DNA from: Aplysia californica
Lineage: Eukaryota
Length of the DNA stretch: 57,235 nt
Reading direction: 5' to 3'
Assembly (NCBI RefSeq): GCF_000002075.1
Contig: NW_004797660.1
Coordinates: 268,673 to 325,907, forward strand
In this document: positions 13,089 through 26,464 of the stretch, in pieces
Layout of the letters: each line of letters opens with the position of its first letter
How positions within the stretch are numbered: the stretch's first letter is position 1
Made by a program: the position numbers and the translations under genes
The notes under the pieces: generated by a model
What the model saw: only the letters and a program-made list of their open reading frames with translations
Databases searched by the model: none
What the model was told of the DNA's origin: nothing

Positions 13089-13626
13089 GTGAGTGGCCTA
13101 GTGTAAAGTTACCTGGCCGTCCGATGAGTCAGGTCTGTCAGGGGGCCCCCGTCTAGGATAGATGTTGCCTTGTCCCTGTCCTGTCTGCGACCGAATCTCT
13201 CAGTGAGTGTCTCTCGGACGACGTCGGCCTATTTCCCGCTGCTCAATGTGATGTCATCCGAGGGCGTGCTACTCCCCTAATTATCTTGTCCCCACGGTAA
13301 AGATAAGAGTCATGTCCCTTGACTTCACAGCCTGGGAGAGGGAAAAATCACTAAATCTGTTTTTGAATTAGGGTGTGGTAAGTTTGGTTTAGGTTTACTT
13401 TGTTTTGTTTTTTTTTGTTTAAAAGAAAAAAAGATAATCGCTTTTTTTTTTCTTTTGTGTATTTATGATCATGTTATTTGTGTTGATGTTTATCATAGTT
13501 TTTGCTTTTTTGTAGTAATTTCTGTTCTCTTCTGTATTTGTTCACCACAGTTATTGCGTTTTTGTTTATCATAGTTATTGTGCTTTTGTATTTATATAGT
13601 TTTTGCTGTTTTTGTTTATCAGAGGC

Positions 13627-13805
13627 GGGCGGTTGGCGGATGCTCTGGTGTGGTTTGCTCCTTCTTTCCTATCAAATATCTATCGTCCTTATCTTCCCTT
13701 CTTCTTTTTTATGTTTATTACTCTCTTGTAACACCTCTAATCCCCTGGCGCTCATATGACCTTATGCAGTTGCGAGCGCCTTAAAACCCTCTACTAAAGA
13801 CTAAA
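13627..13805 (+). mobile_element. ~170-bp dispersed retroposon (probable LINE 3' end), representative copy
   Basis: GGTTGGCGG(G/A)TGCTCTGGTGTGGTTTGCTCCTTCTTTCCTATCAAA...GTTGC(A/G)AG(T/C)GCC recurs at ~12852, 24145, 32010, 35035, 37847, 38535, 39105 (+) and 44960-45115 (-). Confidence 0.8.
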
Positions 13806-14349
13806 GTTTATCAGAGTGCTTGGGTTTTTGTTTATCATAGTAGCCTATATGTGTTTTTATTTATTATGATTTGGGGGGTTATTATTTTTGCTTTTATCTT
13901 AGTTTTTTTTGTTTCTGTTTATCTCTGTTCTTGTATAATTGTTGATACGGTAATGGTGCACTTTTTAATCATCTGCTGTACTTTGACATACGTTGACGCA
14001 TCATTTGTGAGGCAGCATGGTGAAATCAGGCGTTCGTCAAAATAACAAAATCGTAGAAACAGATATTTCTCTGCCAGTTTGGACATTTTCATCGAATTTT
14101 TATCTATTGGCTTAACCTCTTTTATGTCCGTTTAAAAACATATTTCCATGTGAAATTTACTGAAAAACATTCATAAAAGGCAGAAAATATGACATTTTAA
14201 AGTTTTCAAGGACTCTTTAGCTATTGGAGTTACCAAACTGGCGGCTATTTTCTCGCTAATTTCACCACGTAAACCAAGCGATATCACTTCTTTCAGTCGC
14301 AAAAATCTTGAGTTCTATTCAAGAGAAATGGATATTTACTATATGGATA

Positions 14350-14645
14350 TGTAACTGTGCCTGAACTGCTACAGGGGAACTGCTTCTTTTTCTTTCCTAA
14401 TCCTTACTATCTTCATTTTCCTCTACTTCTTTTGTATGTTTGTCACACTCTTGTGACCCCGCTATTTCCGGGGTGCCATTATAGTCGAAGCAGACTTTTG
14501 GGCTGTTGAAGCTAGAGAGGTGAGCAGAGTAAGCCTGATTCCCTGTGAAGACTTCTCTATTGACACCCACCCCTTGGCAATCATATGACCTTGTGCAGTT
14601 GCTAGTGCCATAAAAACTCTACTAAAAATCTTACTAAAGCTAAAA
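14350..14645 (+). mobile_element. Dispersed retroposon fragment; second copy at 19282-19522
   Basis: Near-identical GTCGAAGCAGACTTT...GAGCAGAGTAAGCCTGATTC block; ends in the shared TGACCTTGTGCAGTTGC tail. Confidence 0.75.
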
Positions 14646-14679
14646 AACTGTGTCAATGTGCATCTCTTTATACAAATAT

Positions 14680-15003
14680 ACCACGATTGCCTAGTGGTTA
14701 GGCTCTCAGACTCGCAACCGTACGGTCATGGGTTCGAATCCCGTCAGGGACCCGGCGTTGTGGTCTTGGGAAAGGCACTTTACTCAAATTTTCCTCACTT
14801 CACCCAGGTGAGAATGCGTACCCAGCTATAGACAGCGAAAGATGCTGTCAGTTTGTAAGTGTTTAAGCGCTTAATCAGCTGCTTAACCTGTATGCTTCCC
14901 GGAAAGCTGAGAATGTTTCTGAATGTTCTATGGTCTGTTGGAGTAATAATATAGCGTTTAGTGCACAGAGCTTGCTGCACACCGGGGGTATGGGCTATAC
15001 ACA
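14680..15003 (+). mobile_element. tRNA-derived SINE with CORE-like central domain
   Basis: A box TGCCTAGTGG, B box GGTTCGAATCC, then GGTCTTGGGAAAGGCACTTTAC...CACCCAGGTG; the tail is repeated at ~40003-40100. Confidence 0.8.
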
Positions 15004-15358
15004 NNNNNNNNNNNNNNNNNNNNNNNNNNNNNNNNNNNNNNNNNNNNNNNNNNNNNNNNNNNNNNNNNNNNNNNNNNNNNNNNNNNNNNNNNNNNNNNNN
15101 NNNNNNNNNNNNNNNNNNNNNNNNNNNNNNNNNNNNNNNNNNNNNNNNNNTTATTATTATGATCATGATTATGATTATTATGATGATGATTTTATTATTA
15201 TTATTGTTATTATGATTATGGTTGTAANNNNNNNNNNNNNNNNNNNNNNNNNNNNNNNNNNNNNNNNNNNNNNNNNNNNNNNNNNNNNNNNNNNNNNNNN
15301 NNNNNNNNNNNNNNNNNNNNNNNNNNNNNNNNNNNNNNNNNNNNNNNNNNNNNNNNNN

Positions 15359-15499
15359 CTTTTTGAGTGTGAGGCTGACCTGGACTGTCCGAGCCTGTGG
15401 CAAGACCACAGCGAGAATCCGTACCTGCAGGAGAAATGTCGCATCAACATCCTCCGAGAGGCCGACTATATTGTGCCGGGCCATGGAGCTATGTTTCAC
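15359..15499 (+). CDS. MBLAC1: MBLAC1 coding exon 5 (start hidden in the N gap; ...ADYIVPGHGAMFH)
   Basis: LFECEAD and IVPGHG motifs; GTAAAT donor at 15500. Confidence 0.9.
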
Positions 15500-16739
15500 G
15501 TAAATCTATTTCTTCCTGATTCATTTTATGTTGATAGGTTTATGTTTATATAATCCTTGTTACTGGTTTCTTGCAAATATAAAACAGACGAAAAAGTCTT
15601 TTGATAATAAATGATGAGAGAATACATACAAGTGGGTGTGCAGTGCTTTTATATAATTTGCTGTTTATTCAGACTCCTGCAGATTTTTATTGAGATCAAC
15701 TTCGGCAAGGGTTTTCAAACCCTCCCAGCCCCATGCGCATATATTTTCAGCAGCACGTGTACCTCCCACCATCCCAAGAGCATATATTCTCAGTTTGGGG
15801 GGGGTTTCAGATTTGTGCATTTTTTTAAATTAACAAACCTAATTAAACTTTAACATTCATAATATTTGTTCATTTACCCTTTAACATTGTTATATGTTAC
15901 TATCTAAACCTCTTTATAAAGATACTACATCACTTTTCAGAATGCCTGCCTCTTTTTCTGAAATACTGCTGTATTGGCTGGGACTGGGGTTAGGGAGTGC
16001 ATAAAAATGGCTGGGCCTGGAAGGGTTGACAAAGAAAATTTACCTGTTTCTTCCAATTACATTGTTGAAAGATAACACGATCAATATGCTCTATGTGGAC
16101 AAAGGCATTTTCAAACAAATTCAATCATTTTGTGTTTTGTTCACCTTTTTAGCTACAGTTTTACAAATGCAGTGAATTACTCTTGACAGTGTCATGTCAT
16201 TGCTTGTAAATGTACAGACGGTACATCAAAATCCATTCTGAATTTGATAGACTCTCAGTAGAAAGGGATGAGGACTGTGTCAAAAAAGTTGAGTGCCTTT
16301 GATCTCTTAGACACTCCTTTCAGATTGTTCTGGCCCTGTAACATAAATATTGCCAAAGAGAAACATGTGGTGATGAGTCAGTATGTATAACTCTTTTAAC
16401 TCGCTGACTGCTAATACCAACACTGCATCGATGGGCTTCAACATATGAGAGATGCCGAATCCACACCCCCGTCGGTTTCCCAGAAATCAGTGTTGGCTGT
16501 AAGAACATGCACACACTGGCAACAAAAGGGTTGAATGATCTAACAGTGTGTCAATGGAGGCCTAAAACATTTACGATTGAATAAATATTCTTTAAATTAT
16601 AAACGGATTACAATTTATTGTTGCGCAATGGCTATTTCTTAATTTATTTCTACTTAGTCTGGAACTTCTTACATTCGTTTCCTCGTGCTGAGCTTTGTTT
16701 CAATATCGTTTGTTTTTCTGTCTCACCCCTTGGACTCAG

Positions 16740-16856
16740 GTCCCGAAAGAGAGCAAGAAACAGCTTCGAGTTGTCATGTTGAGTGAGGAATTCTTCAGCT
16801 GTGGGGAGACTGTGTCTGCGACCAAGTCAGAGTGTATCATTGTGGAGACAGATTAA
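16740..16856 (+). CDS. MBLAC1: Probable MBLAC1 terminal exon (VPKESKKQLRVVMLSEEF...ETD*)
   Basis: Pyrimidine tract plus CAG ending at 16739; phase 0; 39 open codons ending TAA; AATAAA at 17386 and 17422. Confidence 0.7.
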   Translation, partial: VPKESKKQLRVVMLSEEFFSCGETVSATKSECIIVETD

Positions 16857-17739
16857 ACGACGCGCTGGACACAAAGAATCGGGGAGAGGGACAGATAGAG
16901 AGAATAGAGGAAAAGGACAGACAGACGAAACACCTGGCTGATGCACAGAATAGGGGAAAGGAACAGACAGACTTAAACACCTGGCTGACGCACAGAATAA
17001 GGGAAAGTGATGGACAATCTAGAGTGCTGATTGACACACAGAACAGAGGAAAGTGACAGAGGATGCATAGTGAGCAAGTCCAGATGGCAAGGGGCCACCG
17101 TATTGCTTGAGGAACACATAATGAAAGTTTCATCTTATCATCAAGACTTAATGGTGGGTAATTGTGACTGACGCACATCTTAATATGAACAATATATTTA
17201 TGTGCTTAAAGATGGTCTGTATTAAAGAAGCTTTCAGTGCTTATGCCTTGTGCTCACTGCAGAAATGTTTCTCCATTCCCCTTTTGACAATAGCTGATCC
17301 TTTCAAAGGTGGCCATTGAAAGACTTCACATGCTCTAGTCTAATCATACAGATCAGGTCCATTTGACCAATGAGCACACCTTCTTAATAAAACAGACCTC
17401 ACATAGGTATCAGGTTTAGGAAATAAATGTATGCAGACATATCAGGCGTCAGTGGTTTCCTTGCAGGATTCTGTTTTTTTATTCCTGATTTGATATTGAA
17501 TGAGAAATGTATTATAAATATGCTCAATTCATCACATCACATTGCATCATTTGGATTATAAATGAAGTAAGCCATTAAGAGACTCCCAGTATTTGGCTTT
17601 CATTTCTGATGTGATATTTGTAGTTGAAAAATGCATCATCAGCTCAAAGGTTTTGATCTTGTGAATTTTTTTTGGCTTTTTAGCGAGTGTCGTGATTTGA
17701 TCTCAGCCTTGTGATCTAATTGGATGTGAATGTTAATTA

Positions 17740-18493
17740 CAGTATAATCCACTTATATCGACATGCTTTGGGAAGTGGATTTGATGTCGATATATAAATG
17801 TTTATAAATGAAAATGTACAGCCAAAGAGGAAAAAACAAGGGGAGGTCAGCTGTAAAAGACAACACTACTTATTTAAGCTGGTTGCTTCCCTTGATTCTT
17901 GAAACTAACTAGAGGCAGAGGAGAGGGGGGGGGGGGCAAAGACCAAGCAAGGCGAGGTGCACACGACACACCAGCACAAACTTTGTTATAACATCCTTGT
18001 AAGGCCTGTTTATGACCGCCCTGCTGGGGAAAAAGGAAAGGCGAGGCACTGACTCACTGACCGTGGCACTTGCCAGCAACCGACTGAGAATGGGATGGGG
18101 AAGGAGAGTCAGCGATCGGGAAGGGGGTAGGGAGATGATACCCAGCGCGCGAGACGCTCACGTCTGCGAGGCACTTTACATACTGTGTTGGAGACTACAC
18201 TGTGTAGGCCCAGTATGACCTTCTAAAGCCTGGTGTGTCGAGGCTACTGGGCGGGTATGCGGACTTAATGAACAACTAATGCGTTGACCGTTAGTGTGGA
18301 TTTTTCCCCCATTTATGTTCGTGTGCTTCGCCAGATACCCAGGAAGTATGTCGATAAAGCAGAGTGGGCCGAAAAAAGTCGATATAGAGAAATTGTTTCG
18401 TGAAGATATTGAAGGAAAAATTTCGTAATTGGAAAATATGTCGATACGTCAAAATGTCGATGAATCGAATGTCAATATAAGTGGATTATACTG
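17740..18493. mobile_element. Tc1/mariner-type (pogo/Tigger-like) MITE
   Basis: TIR CAGTATAATCCACTTATAT / ATATAAGTGGATTATACTG with TA on both flanks; partial copy at ~55375-55660. Confidence 0.85.
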
Positions 18494-19141
18494 TACTTAA
18501 TTTGCTCCTGGTAGTTCTGGACTTTCAGAGACGTCAAATGTTTCAAACCATCTGTTTGTTAATAGACTGTTTACAATGTTGACATTTCCTCATGAAGTTC
18601 TAGAAATCCTATCAGTCAGCTTCAGTTGGCTACATCCTATATTTCCAGCAATTTGTGGGACTGTTTCAATGCTGTTTAACTGTAACTTTTCCAATACCAT
18701 TCTGTATCAAGATTGTTGGATTTGTGAATTAGAAGATGAATCTAGACATTTAATCAATAAGCAGATAGCACCCACATTGTTTAATGTCCCAACATTATTT
18801 CCAGTGTTCTTGTAATTTATTTATGGATAGTCATAAGAAGAATAACTGCCTATGAAATGGGGATTATTTTTTTGTTTCCCATATTTGTCCCTGTTGGTTT
18901 TGAAGTGTGTGAGTGTGTGTGCTTGTGTGCGTATTTTATCGTGTGTCTTATATTCATTCCTTGTTCTCCTGTGTGTTTTTGACACTCTAAGCGGACGTGA
19001 AGTTCGGCATTTTTTTTTTTAACTTAAAAGACCAGTTTGGATGTTTTATGGCATTGCTATAGGTAATCTTTCGCAAATGAAAACCAATGATATACCATAT
19101 CAAATTAAAAGGGCACATAGTGCTTAAGATCACAGAGTTTG

Positions 19142-20207
19142 TTAACCCAATTCACCCTGCGCCACCCCCAGGGATGGTGCTACTGACTGAAGCGTCTTTA
19201 GGCCATTCCCAAAGTGGGGACATTAACCTGTTCTTATGCACAGTAAAATTGTAAATGGGCTGATTCATCAATGTCATGTTCATAACTGTACCTGAACTGC
19301 AACAGGGAACTGCTGCTTTTTCTTTCCTAATCTATTATCATTTGCCTCTATTGTGACCCTCTATTTCCAGGGTGCCTTGATAGTCGAAGCAGACTTTGTG
19401 CTGTTGAAGCTAGAGAGGTGAGCAGAGTAAGCCTGATTCTCTGTAAAGGATTCTCTGTTGACATTCACCTCTTGGCGCTCATATAACCTTATGCAGTTAC
19501 GAGTGCAGTAAAACCTCTACTATTTTGTACCCTGCGTTGCTGTAGGCCGGGGGAAAAAGTCAGTCTGAACTCGACACACTAACCTTAGACATGCATTGTG
19601 CCCAAACTATTTAAGCTATCTGTATGAAATTTCGCTTAGAATTTTCTGAAAATGGAGGAAGGAAAGAGCAGAGAAAACGATCTAATTCTTCGTCTGACTA
19701 CGACTCACCGGCACTCAATTTACCTCTATAGCAACTTATAGTATGGTCTAGATCTTGCTTTTCTTCGAAGTTTTCATGGCACTATAATCAATCAAATCAC
19801 CTTGTTTTTCTAAATGTATCATGTCTACTTTCTTTTTCTTCGCTGCTTATGCCCAAAACAAAACCAAGAACATAGTTCGCGTATTTTAACAAACACAAAA
19901 ATAGCCTTTGCACAGTTGGTTTTTTTGGTGGTTGTTTCTCTTTCTTCTCATTCACAGAGATTTCGGTGCTCGCTTTCTAACCTTGATTTGCGGTGACATG
20001 ACAACAAAACTAATTCGTACTTAGCATAAAACTGGATCAAAACAAGCTAGCGGAAGTTTTCACAAGTTACAAGTGACCTGTTATTTTCAATAGAAATCTA
20101 GGTAAGTAGTTCGGACTCGATTTTGTGGACTGGTAATAGTCGTAGCTTGGTGGACAGAAGCGCGCTGCAGCTAGGAGTATACCTGAAGCGTTGATGAAAT
20201 GGGTTAA
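19142..20207. mobile_element. TTAA-flanked non-autonomous element (piggyBac-like ends)
   Basis: TTAACCCAATTCA ... TGAAATGGGTTAA. Confidence 0.55.
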
Positions 20208-22329
20208 TGGACATGTCTTGTTTTCATAAAAAATGTTTTTCTCTCATAGAATTTTCTTTTTTTAGTAAAATTTATTGCACATACAGTCTGCGCTGAATTC
20301 TGACTTTTGAATGCATTAATATTACTTGCAAAATGTGACGTATTTAGACTGACAGATGCTTTAAGTTAAGCTGTTGTGAATAAATGTAATTTATATGCTG
20401 ACTAGTTTCTTCCAAAGATCTCATAAACTGTTGCCGAAGTGACTGTGAATGGTATACTTTATACGAGATTTAACTGCACACAGGTGTGGAATTCATGATT
20501 TCATTAGTAGGCTTTATGAAACGCTGTGTTGTATTCACGGCTATAAGGCAGTGTGTTTTCTCTATTCAGAGGCCCTGATATGTTTTAAAATATTATATTA
20601 TGAAAGCATGCAATACTGTTGTACAAAAGATTTTAAAAGACCAATTTAAAACTGATTATGAAATGAACAGACTGAGTGAAACGGAAAGCTATTCACTATT
20701 TTACCACTATAGACATCTATTATTTTTACATGAATGAGATATTGTATGTAATTTATGAAACCGCACTCCTTCATTTGCGTGCTCTCTCTTTTTCTATCTT
20801 TTTTTCTCGATTGTATGTAAGTGTATGTCCTTTGGGGGGNNNNNNNNNNNNNNNNNNNNNNNNNNNNNNNNNNNNNNNNNNNNNNNNNNNNNNNNNNNNN
20901 NNNNNNNNNNNNNNNNNNNNNNNNNNNNNNNNNNNNNNNNNNNNNNNNNNNNNNNNNNNNNNNNNNNNNNNNNNNNNNNNNNNNNNNNNNNNNNNNNNNN
21001 NNNNNNNNNNNNNNNNNNNNNNNNNNNNNNNNNNNNNNNNNNNNNNNNNNNNNNNNNNNNNNNNNNNNNNNNNNNNNNNNNNNNNNNNNNNNNNNNNNNN
21101 NNNNNNNNNNNNNNNNNNNNNNNNNNNNNNNNNNNNNNNNNNNNNNNNNNNNNNNNNNNNNNNNNNNNNNNNNNNNNNNNNNNNNNNNNNNNNNNNNNNN
21201 NNNNNNNNNNNNNNNNNNNNNNNNNNNNNNNNNNNNNNNNNNNNNNNNNNNNNNNNNNNNNNNNNNNNNNNNNNNNNNNNNNNNNNNNNNNNNNNNNNNN
21301 NNNNNNNNNNNNNNNNNNNNNNNNNNNNNNNNNNNNNNNNNNNNNNNNNNNNNNNNNNNNNNNNNNNNNNNNNNNNNNNNNNNNNNNNNNNNNNNNNNNN
21401 NNNNNNNNNNNNNNNNNNNNNNNNNNNNNNNNNNNNNNNNNNNNNNNNNNNNNNNNNNNNNNNNNNNNNNNNNNNNNNNNNNNNNNNNNNNNNNNNNNNN
21501 NNNNNNNNNNNNNNNNNNNNNNNNNNNNNNNNNNNNNNNNNNNNNNNNNNNNNNNNNNNNNNNNNNNNNNNNNNNNNNNNNNNNNNNNNNNNNNNNNNNN
21601 NNNNNNNNNNNNNNNNNNNNNNNNNNNNNNNNCCTTCCCTCCCCCTCCTTTTTCCCCCATCTGACCTTGTCGGACACATCTCATTCTTCTTGTTGTTACA
21701 GTAAGTAAGCTTCTCTGTTTTCTCTACCGTTCTTGATCACAAGTGGCTCATTAAAATATAAATTATAAATGTACGTTATAATCCTGATCACACAGCGCCT
21801 AACTTTGTGTTTGGAAACACTGTTGATTTCAGGGAAATATATTTTACTGATCCTGTTTAGGTCATGTTCCCAAATATATTTTGAATTGTGATTATTACAT
21901 AATATATATATATAAATCGTCTTTGAAGTCATCAGTTTCTTTCCTTTTTTTGGTTTACTTTTTGATTGAGACTGCCATCACAGTGAACTCACTCTGTGAC
22001 ATCTTCTACATCTTTTCTTCTTTTTTTTTTGGTCATCAGTATTACCTCATTATTTGGATGATTTTACTTTTTTTCTTTTGGTATTGAATTGTATCAGCTT
22101 ATCTCGTTTTCCTTTTAAACTAGTTTCTGTAGTTACACCCCTCTGTTCTGTTTCTCCAAGTTTTGATGGGGATTTTTTTTCTGTAGTGAGAACAGTTTTT
22201 TTTTGTGTGAGTTCTTTTAATAAAGGATGTTCCTCTCCTGACTGCTTTTTGATGACTCATGAATAGTTTCAGGGAGTGCCATTTGTAGGTCCTATTTCTT
22301 TTCTTTCCTTCTATTGTTTCTGTTTGTCT

Positions 22330-22800
22330 CTCTGGGTTTTTTTGTACACTATATGACCATATTTGTCGGTTTGCTTCTCTTTACTTAAATAAACCAACAA
22401 CTTTCTCTATTTTTTTAAAGTTTCCACTGGTAGATTTTACTTCTTTTCTTTGTCTTTATTTTTTCTCTCTGTATAACCTTTTCCCAGCACTAAATGACCA
22501 TTTTTGTGTTGAGTTTATGTGCTTCTATGAATAGAAACAAACAAACTTTTCCTGCACTACTAAATGACCATCATTGTGTCAATGTGCTGCTCTTAATATT
22601 CAAACTCAAAACTGGTGGAAAACGTTAGCATAGATGGATAGATTCTTCTCAATTTTCACATCCTCTAAAATTGAGCTTTTTCCAAAATTTCAAAACAGTT
22701 TTTCTCCAAATACTGGGTGTATCCCTTTCTAGATGTGGCAGTCTTGCATTGTGCCCAATATCCATCATGTGTTCTGTGCTTAATTTGCTGCCAGAAAACG
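22330..22800 (-). mobile_element. Possible highly decayed retroelement ORF1 with repeated zinc-knuckle remnants
   Basis: Three spaced TGGTCAT(T/A)TAGT (GH[L/I]V) motifs on the minus strand at ~22350, 22490 and 22560; no intact ORF. Confidence 0.3.
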
Positions 22801-23109
22801 TCATTAACTTATGATGGATTATGTGTAATTTTCTTTCCTCTTTTCATGTTGTTTTTTTAAAAAATCACAATTGTTTTCCCATTTCTCATTTTGCTTGGGA
22901 GATGACGATGTTGTTTTACTGAGCATTACTTACCAGGCACAAAATGGCTTTTTTCAACTCATATCCTATTTATGGATCTGGTGTCAGTTCTTCCTGTGTT
23001 TTGTATTTTTTAAACACAAAAACTTTGTATTACATGTCATATACTTGCTTCTGTGGAAGTACGGTTAGGATCTTTGCCGTTGTTGCACAATGCACCGAAA
23101 ATGTCAATT

Positions 23110-23556
23110 TGTGAGGCATCGCAGTGAAATCAGGTGCTCATCAAAATTTAATGGTGAAATCCAAGAAATCAGCATTTTTTTGGGCCGATGGGCACGGTTT
23201 TTCTAATTTTATTTTTTTGCCTCAACACCTTTTATGTCCATTTAAAATCACATTTCTATGTGGATTTTACTGATAACCATTGATTAAAGGCTCAAAAAAT
23301 GTAAACTTCCAGTTTCCAAGGACTCTTAGGCTATGGAAGTTAACAAACTTTGACTGCCATTTTCTTGCTAATTTTACCTCTGAAACCGGGCGGCCCTGAC
23401 CTCCTTCAATTGCAAATATTTCGACTTCTATTCGATATAAATGGATATTTTTTTCACCAAAAGGAAGACAAACGAAGAGGCTTTAAGATGATATCAATAA
23501 CGCCATATATATGCCCCAAAATTGACGAGCGCCTGATTCCACCACGTCGTGATCAA
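23110..23556 (+). mobile_element. TGTGA...TCACA MITE copy
   Basis: Colinear with 54721-55162. Confidence 0.8.
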
Positions 23557-24626
23557 CTCATTTGGTTTTCCAGTCGGCAAGTTTTTGTCAGGTACATTTT
23601 GTATCTCTGACAGTCTACTGGGATGTTGTGTCCTAACCAACCCGCCTTGGTCCTGACAATTACGGTCTTAGCAGCCTGTCGCCTAAATGATCTAAATTGT
23701 GTCGATAGGGGTGTGAAAAGTGAAATATTTGCAATTTCAATTTAGGTTTAGTATTAGAAACTTTATGATTTACTTTTAGCACTTGAGCCCAGGTTGATAA
23801 AACTGATGGGTGCTTTATAATGGCTAGATTACTTTTTCTCCTTGTTGTATAGTTATAATAGACCTCTTTAAGCCTACGCATAGCTGAGTGTTGACTCTGT
23901 ACTTCATTGGGTTTTTTTTTTAACAAGGCTTTTTGTTAGAACCAAGCACTAGTCTTGAGACGCTTGTTTATCTTATCAATGCAAATTGTTCTTCCTCCAA
24001 GTTGTTGCAGAACCTGTTTATTTTGCTGGGCATTCTGAGTCAATAAACTGAATATATTGCGTATTATGTCTACCTGGACTTGTCTTGTTCCTGTTTTTTT
24101 GTTATGTGTATTCATTTTCTTGTTTTGAGTCATTTTTAATACTTGGTGGGTGGTTGACGGGTGTGGTTTGCTCCTTTCCCATAAAAAGATATATCGTCAT
24201 TATCCATCTTCCTTTTTTTCTGTTTGTTACTCTCAAACACATCTAATCTTCAGTACTTATTTGACCTAATCGGGTTGCAAGTGCCGTAAAGCGCTAAGAC
24301 ACATTTGCTGCGGTAAAGTGTGCTGTGGTACTGTGAGTTCCAAACACTTGGTAGGTGGTTGGAGGGTGCTACTGGTCGGTCCTACTTCTTTTCTTTCCTT
24401 TGTTGTTTCTGTCTGTCTGTCCTCTTCCAAGTATTAAATCATCTCTGTTTCAGAGTACTTCTCTTTATTCAAATCAAATAAACAAAGTGTGCTGTGAGTT
24501 CCAAATACTTGACTCTGAACTGAGAAGTTCATGGAAATTGGTGGTTGGTGGGTGCTCTGGTGTCCTACTTTTCTTTCCTTTGTTGTTTCAGTTTGTCTAA
24601 CTCTTTTTATGTGTGTGGTAGATCTA

Positions 24627-25133
24627 AGTGTTTGACGGCGCTCGCAACTGCAAAAGGTCATTATGAGCGCGCGGGGCACACCAAATATTTTCAGTTGGTA
24701 GAAAATTTTGAATTTCGCCCGGGTGGCGGCTGAAGCCTACTCTTATTTTATATATCGATTTTAGACCACCAAGGGATCTTTAACATGTGCAAGACCTCCG
24801 AGATTTTTCGCCCTTGTCCCAGAAGGCTAGGTGTAGATCTTTCCTACCAGAAGTTCAGGGGTGTGGCTGAAAGACAGCAGTAAGAAGGAGCCAAGGAGTA
24901 GCAGTAGAAAGGCTGCAGAAAGATCCGGAGCCCAGAGTAGGGGGCAAAGGAGGTGAAGGGGTGGGAGAAGAAAGTGGAGACGAAAGCAGACGACAGAACA
25001 TTGCTAGAGAGCTGGAAGAGAGGTGAAGGGAGATAAATTTAGAGAATAAAGTTTTTCCGTCGCTACCCGGATTCGAACCTTGAACCTTTGAAGGAGAGGC
25101 GAACACCTTAACCTCTAGGCCACGAGAGCCCCC
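24627..25133 (-). mobile_element. tRNA(Glu-like) SINE, full length
   Basis: Same head, body and tail as 11921-12431. Confidence 0.88.
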
Positions 25134-25191
25134 GTCTGACTCTTTCCAGGCATTAAAAGGCTGTTATTGTGTCAGTGTGCTTCTCCTTACT

Positions 25192-25360
25192 CATTGGACA
25201 GACAATGCGGAGAGAAGCATTGGAGAATATTGTAACAACAGGCAAGTTTGATGGAAAGAGAGACTGAGGCAGACAGGAGGGAAAGATACACCATTGCTGC
25301 AACGCAAGACAGATTGAAGTGGAGTGGAGGTCCATGATCGCCCACCCCAGTAGGCAAGGC
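25192..25360 (+). mobile_element. RTE-clade LINE 3' fragment
   Basis: Translates as GQTMRREALENIVTTGKFDGKR, typical of the RTE ORF C-terminus. Confidence 0.65.
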
Positions 25361-26274
25361 ACCGGAAAGCCTGCCTCCTAAATGATCTAGAATGGGGACG
25401 TAAAACGGCTACTTGATTGTTGTTTTTTTAAACAAATTATCTTGGATCTCTGTCTCGCACAATACCAACATTTTTCAGGATAGCCCCCTTGTGCTTAAAA
25501 GGAACCAGTTCTGATCTAGATGTTCGTCCATGTAGGCTTATATGACCACCAACCCCGTTTTACGTCCCCATGGACACCATCTAGATCATTAAGGAGGCTG
25601 TCTTCCGACCATTCCTGTCAGGCTAAGAGAGATTTTTAACATCCCAGCAGAAAGGTCGAGATACTTGAGGTGCTGACGACCAATGTTCGAACTCCTCATG
25701 GAGGCAGCAGCAAGGATCAAAGAAAACTAAACACCTTCGTCAGCAGATTAATCTAATTACATTTGTAGTTGGTTCTTTAATGCCCCAATTGGGATGTCAT
25801 AGTCATAGGCTTATATTATTCATCACCCCAAGACCGCAGTAGGCGGCTTTTTGTCTATATTTCCTGGCAACGTTAAGAATGAATAATGGTAGGCCTGCAG
25901 AAAGGTTATTGGAATTGAAGTAAATGAACTGGAATCTACTTTGCTTGAATAAAAAATACCTCAGATGTAATGAAACTGAATTGAATGACCCCGAAAGACT
26001 AGATCTAGACAATTTTCTATCATACCGTAAGACAAGAATTACCGGAATTAACAAACTTTGCTCAAAGTGGAACGGTTAGCTGAGAGAATGCCAAGCTCGT
26101 GCTGAATGACTTAGCCTTCTGTATTGTGTTGATTATCACCNNNNNNNNNNNNNNNNNNNNNNNNNNNNNNNNNNNNNNNNNNNNNNNNNNNNNNNNNNNN
26201 NNNNNNNNNNNNNNNNNNNNNNNNNNNNNNNNNNNNNNNNNNNNNNNNNNNNNNNNNNNNNNNNNNNNNNNNNN

Positions 26275-26464
26275 GGGTACGAACAGATTTGGAGAGAGTG
26301 AAGAAACGCACGCTCGAAAGGGCTGTTTGTTTTATTTTTGTCTTCTAGTACCTTATAACCAAAAAGTGACTACATGTACTGAATAAAAGAAAGGTACTGT
26401 CTAAATCCCAATACGTTACGTAACAGTCATAACAGAGGTGTTATGTAAAGTACATGGTACCACA
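26275..26464 (-). repeat. 3' LTR of the minus-strand Gypsy element
   Basis: Minus strand: polypurine tract GGGGGGAGA immediately before TGTGGTAC at 26464, internal AATAAA, and GTACCC running into the N gap. Confidence 0.75.

Noticed and set aside
13105-13140. Hammerhead ribozyme-like CCGATGAG
   Set aside because: The core should be CTGATGA with a properly placed GAAA and stems, which I could not build.
20646-21708. Long ORFs spanning N runs (also near 4.9, 15, 26, 34, 39, 46 and 53 kb)
   Set aside because: They are open only because Ns translate as X; these are assembly gaps.
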